DNA of 64,000 nucleotides from a virus. The notes under the pieces are model-generated. The model was not told the origin of the DNA and made no database searches. It saw only the letters and a list, made by a program, of their open reading frames with translations. A program made the position numbers and the translations under genes. Where the stretch lies: IMG/VR virus record IMGVR_UViG_3300045988_171958, positions 96,001 to 160,000 of that record. One strand, given 5' to 3'. The first letter of the stretch is position 1. Each line of letters opens with the position of its first letter. This document shows, in pieces, positions 17,363 to 27,053 of this stretch.

Positions 17363-18319
17363 ATGGAATATGATAAAATTATTACAAATTTATTAATAAG
17401 TAATAAAAATAAAATTAGAAATGGAATATTAAGAAAAATAAAATTAAAATATCCTAATATATTATCTTATTTAATAAAAAGATATGATGATTCGGAATCA
17501 ATATCTGAAACTATAAGAAGAATTCAATATAATATAGAAAAAAGACCAGTTTGTAAAGTATGTGGTAAAAAGGTAAACTATATTTGTAATGGGAATTATA
17601 GAAATGTTTGTTCTTTTAAATGTGGAGAAATATATTGTAGAGAAAGAAGGTTTAAAACTATGATAGATAAATATGGTACACCATATCCTTATGAAAATAA
17701 AGATATAATGCGAAAAATGAGGGAAAATTTAAAAAATAAATATGGTGTTGATAATCCTTCTAAATTAGAAAATGTAAAAGAAAAGAAGAAAAATACATTT
17801 ATAAAACATTATGGTGTAGATAATTATTTCAAAACTGAAAAATCAGTTAAAAGATCCCATACAAAAGAATGTATAAATAAACAATATTTGACAAAAATAA
17901 AAAATAATTCATTTGGAAAATCTAAACAGGAAGATACAATATATGAAAAAATAAAAGAAGTATATCCAGATGTTATAAGACAATATAAAGATAAAATAAG
18001 ATATCCATATAATTGTGATTTTTATATTCCTGAGATAGATTTATTTATAGAATACCAGGGTTATTATACTCATGGTAAACATCCATTTAATATTAATAAT
18101 GAAAATGATAAAGAATTAATGGAGAAATATATAAATAAATATGGTAATAACAATCAACAATATACTATATGGTGTGTAAAAGATGTAGAAAAAAGGAATA
18201 CTGCAAAAAATAATAATTTAAATTATATTGAATTATTTAATTTTAAAAAATTAGATGAATTAATTGAAATAATAAAAAATAAAAACTATATTAAAAATAT
18301 TAGTAATTTAGTAATTTAA
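17363..18319 (+). CDS. homing-endonuclease-like protein (Zn ribbon + Vsr-like PD-(D/E)XK nuclease)
   Basis: RPVCKVCGKK...CSFKC, repeats KYGTPYP/KYGVDNP/HYGVDNY, and core CDFYIPEIDLFIEYQGYYTHGKH. Paralog of 12252..13244. Extremely AT-rich. Confidence 0.7.
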   Translation: MEYDKIITNLLISNKNKIRNGILRKIKLKYPNILSYLIKRYDDSESISETIRRIQYNIEKRPVCKVCGKKVNYICNGNYRNVCSFKCGEIYCRERRFKTMIDKYGTPYPYENKDIMRKMRENLKNKYGVDNPSKLENVKEKKKNTFIKHYGVDNYFKTEKSVKRSHTKECINKQYLTKIKNNSFGKSKQEDTIYEKIKEVYPDVIRQYKDKIRYPYNCDFYIPEIDLFIEYQGYYTHGKHPFNINNENDKELMEKYINKYGNNNQQYTIWCVKDVEKRNTAKNNNLNYIELFNFKKLDELIEIIKNKNYIKNISNLVI

Positions 18320-18331
18320 AACAATATTAAA

Positions 18332-19063
18332 ATGGGACATACATTAAAAATTTGGAATGAATTTGGAATTAAGTGTAAAACATCTTTTCATGCTGCTGGA
18401 TTGGATTTCTTTGTACCAAGATTAAATGGTATGGCGCCAGATAAGAAAAGAGCGGCGTATTTTGCTTTTCAGAAGTCATTTGATATTTCTGAAGTTGATA
18501 TGGGTAAGCTTTGTAATGAAGCTAAGCGTATCTTAATAGAGAAAATAGGAGACCCTGTAAGAGCAGATGAAAATTCACTTGATACTGTGCATTTATTTTT
18601 GGCATTAGATAGTGTAATGACTAGAAATAAACATAATACAATGCTAGAAAAGTTAGCAGATTTTTGCGATCATCGTCTTGTTTATGATAAGAAAGAAGAT
18701 AAAGTAGGTCTTTGGCTAGATTTCGGAGATCAACTTAAAATTAATTCTGGTATTCATGAAGTATTACCGCTTAATTATGCTGGTGTATTCTTAAATAAGT
18801 CTGGTAAAGGTAATGAAGGTTTTGATGTCCGGTCTCAGGTGGTGGATGATGATTATGTTGGATGTGTACATCTTTCTATTTCTTTTACAAAAGATAAGAA
18901 GAGTCCAATGGTTTGGTGTGGCGACAAGGTTATTCAGCAGCTTATTCTTCCTATTTGGCAGGTATCTGATATTGATGAACTTTCTGAAGATGACTATAGA
19001 GAGTTGATGAAAGATTCCGAACGTGGAGAAAATGGATTTGGTTCACAAGATCATAAGAAGTAG
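18332..19063 (+). CDS. dut: dUTPase-family protein with a large internal insertion
   Basis: AAGLDFFVP (motif 1), LNKSGKG (motif 2), VVDDDYVGCVHL (motif 3), ERGENGFGSQD (motif 5). There are about 130 aa between motifs 1 and 2. Confidence 0.7.
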   Translation: MGHTLKIWNEFGIKCKTSFHAAGLDFFVPRLNGMAPDKKRAAYFAFQKSFDISEVDMGKLCNEAKRILIEKIGDPVRADENSLDTVHLFLALDSVMTRNKHNTMLEKLADFCDHRLVYDKKEDKVGLWLDFGDQLKINSGIHEVLPLNYAGVFLNKSGKGNEGFDVRSQVVDDDYVGCVHLSISFTKDKKSPMVWCGDKVIQQLILPIWQVSDIDELSEDDYRELMKDSERGENGFGSQDHKK

Positions 19064-19066
19064 AAT

Positions 19067-19474
19067 ATGGGAACAACAGATTTCAACAATGTCGATATCG
19101 ACATGAAAGATATGAAAGATAAGATGAAGGAATTGGACAAATGTATTGGTATGATGTATTATACATATCATGAATGCCCAATTCCAGATGATGATAAGTT
19201 GCTAAACTGGTCATTCAATCTCATTAAGCATCTTGAAGCAGCTAAACCATATATTGCACAACATTGCACTATTAGAAATACTTATCATGATTTCAACATG
19301 CAATTAGTAAAGTATGTTATGCCAATATATGAAGTATTGCAGAGATGTTATGACAATATGCCATGTCACATGAATGGTTCTGAACATCATGTTTATCTTT
19401 ATAACCAATTAGAAAGCTTGAAAAAATTACTTTTTGATAAAGATGAATGTAGATTGATTAAGAAAAAGAAATAA
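19067..19474 (+). CDS. hypothetical protein
   Basis: 135-aa ORF, rich in His/Cys/Met. Confidence 0.65.
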   Translation: MGTTDFNNVDIDMKDMKDKMKELDKCIGMMYYTYHECPIPDDDKLLNWSFNLIKHLEAAKPYIAQHCTIRNTYHDFNMQLVKYVMPIYEVLQRCYDNMPCHMNGSEHHVYLYNQLESLKKLLFDKDECRLIKKKK

Positions 19475-19480
19475 AATTGA

Positions 19481-19535
19481 TTGCTGTTTTTGTTTTACAA
19501 TTTTTAATTAAGATTAAGTAAAACAGAAACAGCAA
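19481..19535 (+). promoter_or_regulatory. long hairpin ending 3 nt before the 19539 start codon
   Basis: ttgctgtttttgttttac / gtaaaacagaaacagcaa, an 18-bp stem (one G-T pair) with a 19-nt AT loop. Confidence 0.5.
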
Positions 19536-19538
19536 TTT

Positions 19539-21845
19539 ATGTTATCATTTCCAAGTACATTAAATAAAGGTGGTTCTCATCTCATTACGCCACAACAATC
19601 TAATTCTTTGAAAGATGTATTGAACAATTCATTAAGATCTGCATTTAATGCCGCAGTATCAAAAGCAACATCTGGACAAGGTTATGATACTGATGGTATA
19701 AGATATAATGAAGATAGGGACACTTCTTCACTGATAGATGATTTAGATTTCTCTTCACATCCAACAGTAAAATATGAATCAAATATGTTGGCACCTCCTG
19801 CTAACAAAAACAATGAAACAAATAAGCAAGCTGTAATTTGGACACCTACTCACATGAATAACCAGATATTCCAAGTGGTGAACAATTACAGATGTTTCTT
19901 ATCTGGTATGCTTATAGAAACAGGAAATGATGGTGAAAAACAAGGTACTAATGGAAAGTGGTATAAGACATATAATTTTAAAGGTGACTTGACTCCATCT
20001 TTGTTCAATCCTTATCATGCTTTGCCAGTATATGGAATAATGGAAAACGTTCCATTGATGGATGGTACATTTCTTTCTAAACATGACAAAGCTGAAATAG
20101 CTAAACTGGATGATTGTTCTATAAGAGAGTTGGTGAATCTAAGTTCTGTAAGAAAGTCTATACTTGGTAATGCAAGATACAGATATGCAGATTTCATGTA
20201 TTGTAAAGATCTTGGAAAGATTTCTAACAACCACATGATAACGTTGCGTAAATTTGCTATTCCGGTTGGTGACAACATATTCAGATCAACAGTGGCAAAA
20301 ACAGCTGGTGAAGGTAAAGATGATCCAATGTCTTCTATTGGTGATGTTGGAAGAATGATTACTTGGTTTGATACAGATGACAATAAGCTTAGTGATATCA
20401 TGTCTTATGAATATGAAGCTTCTTGGAAAAAACTTGATGCTAAGATACAACAGTTGGATTCACAAGAAGATGATGAAGGTAGAGGTATAGCTGGTAAAAT
20501 CATAAACAACTTAAGTCCTGGTTATAACTTACAATCTGCACATGGTATCAATTCAGGTGGTTTGCTTGGTCAATTGATGAACAGTATGGGTATAGGTGCA
20601 AATACACATGAATATCAGCATAATGATGTTGCATTAGGTAGAAACTATGACAACAACAAAGTGTATACTCCAAGAGATACTATTCAAGATACCCACATAT
20701 ATGAAGGTAAGCTTACATTCAAACATGAATTTACTTTGAATTTCTCTTATAAGTTGAGAGCTTATGACAACATCAACCCTAAGTCTGCTTTCTTAGATTT
20801 GCTTGGTAACATCCTAACCGTCACATATAGAAAAGGAACATTCTGGGGAGGAAAGAGTGAAATATTAGGAGCTAAACCTAATAAAGCAGGATGGCAAAAA
20901 TACAATAATGTATTGAAGGGATTGTCAGATGCTGGTGGTGACTTATGGAAAAACATATTTCATCTTGAAGGAGCTAATACTGATGGATTATTAGGTGCTC
21001 TATCTCAATTTGGTAGTTCTTTACTTGATATAGTAAAAGGAGCTGGAATGGATATAGGAGGAGCAGCTTCTAGTGCAATGCAAACTGCCAAAGATTTCTT
21101 ATCTGGTAATATTACAGCTGGTGAAGTAATGGGTAAAGTAAAAACTAGCGTACAAGCTGGTGCACAAAAAGCAGCAGATTTGAATCTTGGTCAAGTAATG
21201 ATGGGTTCTATAAAGAACAAATTAGGTCGTCCAGCATTATATGCTTTTGACTCATTGCTTACTGGAGCTAAAGTAGGTCTTTGGCATGTAACTATAGGTA
21301 ATCCAAAAAATCCTATTGCAACATTTGGAAATCTGATAATGACAAATGCAAAAATAACTCATAGTGGTCCATTAGGATTTGATGATTTCCCAACTGACTT
21401 ACATGTATCTGTAACACTAAAGCATGCCATGTCAAGGGATGCTACAGAAATATCTAAGATGTATACTAAGGGTCAGAATGGAATATACTTTTCATTATGT
21501 TCTCCTTTCAATACTATAGAATTTAATGATGGAGAAAAAGCTCGATCAAACATAAGTTTGGAAACCCCACCAGCAACACCTCCTAAAGGTCAAGTAAATG
21601 ATGTAACAAAGAAACAAAACCAAAACAAAGAAAACCAGAAGAATGCAGATAATGAAAAGAAAGATGATGATAAAGATTTGATGGATGATGAGATAAATAA
21701 TAGTAAAAAAGATAAACCTTTAGATTTGATTCCTGGTAAAGCAAATACAGCATTTGATAGTCCATCAACTACTCAATATACTAGATTTGCTTGGAGTGGT
21801 TGTGATACTGAAGAATATATAACATCTAAAGATGAAATGCGTTAA
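19539..21845 (+). CDS. large virion-associated protein (unassigned)
   Basis: 768-aa ORF with a Gly/Ala-rich central region and a basic/acidic low-complexity C-terminus. Confidence 0.75.
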   Translation: MLSFPSTLNKGGSHLITPQQSNSLKDVLNNSLRSAFNAAVSKATSGQGYDTDGIRYNEDRDTSSLIDDLDFSSHPTVKYESNMLAPPANKNNETNKQAVIWTPTHMNNQIFQVVNNYRCFLSGMLIETGNDGEKQGTNGKWYKTYNFKGDLTPSLFNPYHALPVYGIMENVPLMDGTFLSKHDKAEIAKLDDCSIRELVNLSSVRKSILGNARYRYADFMYCKDLGKISNNHMITLRKFAIPVGDNIFRSTVAKTAGEGKDDPMSSIGDVGRMITWFDTDDNKLSDIMSYEYEASWKKLDAKIQQLDSQEDDEGRGIAGKIINNLSPGYNLQSAHGINSGGLLGQLMNSMGIGANTHEYQHNDVALGRNYDNNKVYTPRDTIQDTHIYEGKLTFKHEFTLNFSYKLRAYDNINPKSAFLDLLGNILTVTYRKGTFWGGKSEILGAKPNKAGWQKYNNVLKGLSDAGGDLWKNIFHLEGANTDGLLGALSQFGSSLLDIVKGAGMDIGGAASSAMQTAKDFLSGNITAGEVMGKVKTSVQAGAQKAADLNLGQVMMGSIKNKLGRPALYAFDSLLTGAKVGLWHVTIGNPKNPIATFGNLIMTNAKITHSGPLGFDDFPTDLHVSVTLKHAMSRDATEISKMYTKGQNGIYFSLCSPFNTIEFNDGEKARSNISLETPPATPPKGQVNDVTKKQNQNKENQKNADNEKKDDDKDLMDDEINNSKKDKPLDLIPGKANTAFDSPSTTQYTRFAWSGCDTEEYITSKDEMR

Positions 21846-21868
21846 CCATTATTTCTATATTTTATTAG
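21831..21868 (+). promoter_or_regulatory. class-II promoter variant (22-nt offset)
   Basis: gatgaaatgc...ttctatatt with 22-nt offset. Overlaps the end of the 19539 gene and lies upstream of the dNMP kinase. Confidence 0.4.
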
Positions 21869-21900
21869 AATAAAAACATAGAATAAGACTGCAATAAAGA

Positions 21901-22965
21901 ATGAAAAGAGTATTATATATTGGTTTAAATGGTTATGCTGGATCTGGAAAAGATACAGTTGCAAAGATGTTGTCACATATTTTGAATTATTCATTTTCAG
22001 ATAAAGAAAGTGCATGGGATAGTTTTAAGAGAAATTTCAATCCAGAAGAAACAGCAACATTTCCTCCTGATAAGATGTATAATAAGTGTATGTGTATTGC
22101 TTTTGCTGACCAATTGAAGGAGTTGTGTGCTAACATGTTCCAAGTGAATGTTGAGTATTTCTATACATCAAAAGCCAATTCTTGGATTTGTATCAATAAA
22201 GGATTTGAATTTACTAAAGAGAAACCAGATCCTAAGCATATCATAACTGCTCAAGATTATTATGTGAATACAAGCATGTATCAGGAATCTGATGATAAAT
22301 TCTATATGTCATTAAGAGAAATTCTTGTTTATGTTGGTACTTATGTATTGCAGAATTCTATTTCTAAAAGAATATTTACAAATGTTGTAGAAAAGAAAAT
22401 CAACCAAAGAACGAATCTTGAGTATGCTATCTGTACTGATGTACGATTCTTACATGAATTTGATTTTATCAGAACACATCAAGGTGTAATGATAAATATT
22501 GTCAGGGATGGAATTACACAGTTGAATAATGTTGCTGAACATGATTTGGATGATGAAGAAAATTTTGATTTCACTATAGAAAATAATTCTGATTATGAAT
22601 CTTTGTTCTATCAAGTTTGGGACATGATAAATGAAAATGTAAGATTCAAAAATATAACTATCAATTTATATTCTCATGATTGCTCTGATAATTTCATGGT
22701 TTTAGATGAGTTACCGGTTAAAGATACATATAGAAATCATGGTTATATTTGGTATCTTGTTTCAGAATATGGAGCATCAAGAGTAGCACATGATAATGGG
22801 CAGATAGTTTTCATAGACCCATCAGGTGGTCCAATGATAGAGGTTGGAACATTATTGAATCAATATTCAGATATAAGCAATATATTGAATGAATATCATA
22901 AAGTAAAGAAAATATGGTTTGACACTATTACAGGTAGACCTATGATAGAAACAGAAAAACCTTAA
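21901..22965 (+). CDS. dNMP kinase (T4 gp1-like P-loop) fused to an unknown C-terminal domain
   Basis: IGLNGYAGSGKDTVAKML P-loop typical of phage deoxynucleotide monophosphate kinases. At 354 aa it is about 150 aa longer than the kinase domain. Confidence 0.65.
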   Translation: MKRVLYIGLNGYAGSGKDTVAKMLSHILNYSFSDKESAWDSFKRNFNPEETATFPPDKMYNKCMCIAFADQLKELCANMFQVNVEYFYTSKANSWICINKGFEFTKEKPDPKHIITAQDYYVNTSMYQESDDKFYMSLREILVYVGTYVLQNSISKRIFTNVVEKKINQRTNLEYAICTDVRFLHEFDFIRTHQGVMINIVRDGITQLNNVAEHDLDDEENFDFTIENNSDYESLFYQVWDMINENVRFKNITINLYSHDCSDNFMVLDELPVKDTYRNHGYIWYLVSEYGASRVAHDNGQIVFIDPSGGPMIEVGTLLNQYSDISNILNEYHKVKKIWFDTITGRPMIETEKP

Positions 22966-22984
22966 AAAGACTTCAGGTTTACTA

Positions 22985-23027
22985 TGTGGAATATTTTTAT
23001 TAAATTAAAGATATTCCACATTTCATT
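22985..23027 (+). terminator. hairpin terminator
   Basis: tgtggaatat-(16 nt)-atattccaca followed by tttcattt. Confidence 0.55.
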
Positions 23028-23035
23028 TATATATC

Positions 23036-23836
23036 ATGTTTGAATTCTTCACTAAAATGATTGAGGAATTTGGCGGCCTAGGATTAGCTATACTGGTCTT
23101 AGGTGGCTTGCTATATTTCTTGATATCTCGTTCTGATAAAAAGGCAGAAAAGTCCATAGCAGATTTATCTGAAAACATATCTACTACATTAGCTAACCAA
23201 AATAAAGATTTGCTAAATACATTGACTTCATCAAATAATCAAATGCAAGCTAATCTGATCAATTTGATAGAAAAAACTATGAATCTTAGAGATCAGAATG
23301 TTGTAAAATTACATAATGCTAGTATGAACCATAGAATGGATATATCTGACAAAATGCAAAAAATGTTATTTGAAATGATGAATTTCTATCATGCTAGAAG
23401 ATGTGGAGTAATGGAATTCCATAATAGTACAAGTAATTTGAACAATCTAAGTTTCTTATGGTATGATTTGTCTTATGAAAATATGCAAAGAAATGTCACA
23501 CCTATATCAGGGCAAGTAAAAAATCTTCAACTTTCAATACTTTCTCCTGTTATGTCAGACCTTATAAATAATGACGGTATTGTAGTATATAGAAGTTCTG
23601 AAATTAAAAAACTAGAACAAAGATCACCTGTATTGTATGACCATTTGAAAAACAAACTTAATGCTAGCAATATGATTTATGCTGGACTTTATAGTTGTGA
23701 CAATAATTTAATAGGAATTGTATTTTTGGAATACAATGACTTTTTCAAATATCCAGAAGATATAATAGATTTGCATGATATAAAAGAAAGAGCTAGTGGA
23801 ATATCACAGTTGCTTGAATTCAAAAGTATGGTTTAA
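23036..23836 (+). CDS. type-II membrane protein; possible T4-T-like holin (tentative)
   Basis: Single N-terminal TM helix GGLGLAILVLGGLLYFLIS plus a ~230-aa C-terminal domain. Sits immediately upstream of the lysin gene. Confidence 0.6.
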   Translation: MFEFFTKMIEEFGGLGLAILVLGGLLYFLISRSDKKAEKSIADLSENISTTLANQNKDLLNTLTSSNNQMQANLINLIEKTMNLRDQNVVKLHNASMNHRMDISDKMQKMLFEMMNFYHARRCGVMEFHNSTSNLNNLSFLWYDLSYENMQRNVTPISGQVKNLQLSILSPVMSDLINNDGIVVYRSSEIKKLEQRSPVLYDHLKNKLNASNMIYAGLYSCDNNLIGIVFLEYNDFFKYPEDIIDLHDIKERASGISQLLEFKSMV

Positions 23837-23845
23837 CAATTGCTT

Positions 23846-25333
23846 ATGGGTTTGCTTGATACATTAAAGACTTTGGTAGAGGATACTCCGGAAAGTAAAA
23901 AACCTAAACAAACAAATAAGAACAAGTCTTCTGATAGTACTGCTAAGTCAAATAAGGCTGAATTAGATAAAGTAAAGAAAGATGCATATACACCTAATGG
24001 TATAGATCCATCTGTTAGTGAACCACAATGGGTATTAGCAGATGAAGAAGATGGAACTCATGAATTGATGAAGAACCTTACATGGGCACGAAATCAGCTT
24101 GGTAAAGAGATACTTGAATCATTTTTAGAGTATGATGAAAGAAACATTAAGGGTGGACATGAATATCATAATTTGTTAGAAGAAGAATTTGATGTCAACC
24201 AAGACCTTTCTTTAAAATATGATAATGAAGCTTATTGTGAAGAAGAGAAAAACTACCAAGAAAATAAAGTTGGGGCCACTAATTGGGTGGATCCAGATAA
24301 ATCTATAGGTGATCTTGTTGTTGAATGGATGAAGACTGGACACTTCACTGGATCATCTGATTTAGGTTCTTTTGGCTTGGATTTTTCTGGCGGTGTTGTC
24401 GGAAACTGGGATTTAGGAAAATCTATCAATCATTTAGTAAGTGCTTCTCATGAAAAGTCCACACACAGATGTGCTAGATATGTGAGAGAAGCTATAGAAG
24501 CTGGTGGACTTTCTTTAGTTGGTCATCCGGAAAATGCCATAGAATATGTAAAATTTCTACCATCGGTTGGATTCAAACATATAAAGCTTATAAAATATGA
24601 TGGACCTTATAAGACATATATGAGAGAAGCAATGCCTGGTGATATAGCCGTTATGGCAAATCCAAAAGGAGGAGCTGGACATATATGTATGTATACAGGT
24701 AAACAGTGGATATCAGATTTCAGACAACCAAGAGCTTGGGTATATGGAGGACAATGTGGTCTTCTATATATATTTAGATATACAGCAATTACACAAGGAA
24801 TAAAAATGGGAAATCTTTCAGCAGGAGCATCTGGTGTAAGCCAAGAAATGTTCAACGCAATATGTCATTTTGAAACTGGACATAGTTATGGTTATCAAAT
24901 GACACCTAAGGATTTGAATGGATATGGACATGACAAAGGACATAAGACTTATGGTTATGGTTTGTTAGTTCATCCAAATGGAAAATACATGGATCAGATA
25001 AAACCAAGGTGGACTCAGCGAGAATTAGAGGCATTATATGTTACTCATGTTCAACAGTTCAGTTCTAAAGTCAGAAATTGGGCTAGTTCTCATGGTTTGC
25101 AATTAGCACAAAATCAAATAGATGCATTGACTTGTGCTACATTCAATTTTGGTCCTGGATTCTTGACACTATCTAGATATAAAGTATGTGCTTTAATAGC
25201 AAGTCATGCACCTATGAGGACTATTTGGGCTACTTGGTCAACATTGTCAGATCATAGAGGATTAGCTGGTTTGAAGAAACGTCGTAGATGGGAAGCAAAC
25301 TGGTATATTGGAAAGAAAACACCTCTCCCATAA
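23846..25333 (+). CDS. peptidoglycan hydrolase: CHAP/NlpC-P60-like domain + GH24-like lysozyme domain
   Basis: CARYVREAIEAGG ... GDIAVM...GHICMYTG (Cys/His). HFETG, TYGYGL, QIDALTCATFNFG, GLKKRRRWEANWY (lysozyme-like). The track start at 23840 is TTG; ATG is at 23846. Confidence 0.75.
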   Translation: MGLLDTLKTLVEDTPESKKPKQTNKNKSSDSTAKSNKAELDKVKKDAYTPNGIDPSVSEPQWVLADEEDGTHELMKNLTWARNQLGKEILESFLEYDERNIKGGHEYHNLLEEEFDVNQDLSLKYDNEAYCEEEKNYQENKVGATNWVDPDKSIGDLVVEWMKTGHFTGSSDLGSFGLDFSGGVVGNWDLGKSINHLVSASHEKSTHRCARYVREAIEAGGLSLVGHPENAIEYVKFLPSVGFKHIKLIKYDGPYKTYMREAMPGDIAVMANPKGGAGHICMYTGKQWISDFRQPRAWVYGGQCGLLYIFRYTAITQGIKMGNLSAGASGVSQEMFNAICHFETGHSYGYQMTPKDLNGYGHDKGHKTYGYGLLVHPNGKYMDQIKPRWTQRELEALYVTHVQQFSSKVRNWASSHGLQLAQNQIDALTCATFNFGPGFLTLSRYKVCALIASHAPMRTIWATWSTLSDHRGLAGLKKRRRWEANWYIGKKTPLP

Positions 25334-25354
25334 AATTTAGTTATATGCAATATT

Positions 25355-26995
25355 ATGGATTTCAATAGTTGTATGCCTGCCCAAGAAGTATTGTTGACAA
25401 TGGCTATTAATGATATGTCATCAATATCTATACTTGGGTGTGATGATATAAAATATGACACCTCTTGTTTAGAAGTGGCATGGAGTTATGATGGTATCAA
25501 TTGGTCATGCTTTGCTTCTTATAATGATGCAGAAAAGGTATTAGTTGATAGTCCATCTGATTTCTATATAAAGTTTAAAGTAAATGGTATTGTTAATGAT
25601 GTAAAAGATGGTGATGAAAGTGTAGACTATACTACATCGATTGCCTCTGGCATCTCATCACCATCTTGTGAATCATCTAGCAAATACAATCCTTATGCCG
25701 GTCTTACTTCTGCTATAGCTTTACAACAATCATTGTCGGATAGTGTTGCTTGTATGATTGGTATACCTATATATTATTTCAAACTTAAACCTGATTCTGG
25801 TTCTAAAGATATCACATTCAAAGAATATACTCTTATGAATGTAGAATCAGTAAAGCAGATAAAGCTTATAGTAAATGAAGGTCAGATGCCAAGCAGCAAA
25901 CCAGAATTTTCTGATTTTGGATTAGATTGGCAAACTGATTGGGAAACTGAGATAAGCAAGACGATGTTTGCTACAGCTTTTGGAATTACTGCTCAACCAA
26001 TGGAAGGTGATTTGATATATGTTCCAATGATGAAGAGAATGTGGATGGTCAATGAATCTTATGAAGAAAAGAATGGTTCATTGATGTGGAACAATACCAC
26101 ATTCAAATTGTCATTAGTAAAATATCAAGAAAAAGGTTCTGTTGATTTAGGAGATTTTGATTCTACTATAGATAGCTTGGTAAAGACAAAGTATGAAGAT
26201 TTGTTTGGTGATAAAGAAGGATTAGATAGTGGAGAAGAAACAACGGAAGCACCAACATATTCTGGAAACGGTATGTATCCTGTATATGAATCTGATTCCT
26301 GTAGGAAGTATGTTACTTCAGAAGGTACAAACTTTGTGGATACAAATATCTATCAAAGAGGAACATTGATAAGTGACAGATGTTACAAATTTGATCCATC
26401 ACTTCTATATCAGTTTAAGAATAAGATAGTATATCAAAGAAAATATTGTGGAGATGAAGGTAGTACAAGCATTATTGTTGGTTTGAATGGAATGTATGAT
26501 TATGATTCTGAACTCATAAAGATAGGCCATATCATATTGAGATTGAAAATGACAAACAGAAGAATCAAAGTAAGCTTAGATAATGTAGAAGATTGTTCTG
26601 TATACTTACCTAAGCAAGATGCCAATATTACTGACAATCATTATTTCATATATTTAAGATGGTCTAAATCTAGAAATGTAGTGGAATTAGGAGTATCAGA
26701 ATATTCTTACAATGAAAATGTTCCTCTATATAAGCTACAACCAGCACATTACAAGTTTAACTTAGATAATTTGACAGCGCATAAAGTAGCAAAGTGGAAT
26801 ATAGAAATGGTAGAAGATGAAAAGCAAGATGTAATGATAAATGGTTTACCTGGAACAGTTACTAACTTCAAACTTTTTGATTCTTATATAGATAATGTAT
26901 CAGAACTACTGCAACAGTATCCTACAAGTCAGCATCTTATGATAAATGATACAGCTAGAAAGATAATAGATATGCAAGGAAGTGGAAGTGCATAA
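25355..26995 (+). CDS. hypothetical virion protein
   Basis: 546-aa ORF following the lysin. No motif recognised. Confidence 0.75.
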   Translation: MDFNSCMPAQEVLLTMAINDMSSISILGCDDIKYDTSCLEVAWSYDGINWSCFASYNDAEKVLVDSPSDFYIKFKVNGIVNDVKDGDESVDYTTSIASGISSPSCESSSKYNPYAGLTSAIALQQSLSDSVACMIGIPIYYFKLKPDSGSKDITFKEYTLMNVESVKQIKLIVNEGQMPSSKPEFSDFGLDWQTDWETEISKTMFATAFGITAQPMEGDLIYVPMMKRMWMVNESYEEKNGSLMWNNTTFKLSLVKYQEKGSVDLGDFDSTIDSLVKTKYEDLFGDKEGLDSGEETTEAPTYSGNGMYPVYESDSCRKYVTSEGTNFVDTNIYQRGTLISDRCYKFDPSLLYQFKNKIVYQRKYCGDEGSTSIIVGLNGMYDYDSELIKIGHIILRLKMTNRRIKVSLDNVEDCSVYLPKQDANITDNHYFIYLRWSKSRNVVELGVSEYSYNENVPLYKLQPAHYKFNLDNLTAHKVAKWNIEMVEDEKQDVMINGLPGTVTNFKLFDSYIDNVSELLQQYPTSQHLMINDTARKIIDMQGSGSA

Positions 26996-27017
26996 TTTTT
27001 AAAAAATCCTATAAAAA

Positions 27018-27053
27018 TTTGAAATTAAATTATTCTTTTCTATTTTATCTTTG
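27018..27053 (+). promoter_or_regulatory. class-I consensus phage promoter
   Basis: tttgaaattaaattattcttttctatttt with +20 geometry and G at +35. The leader ...gaacaaaaaataataatt-ATG is shared with 29178. Confidence 0.65.
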
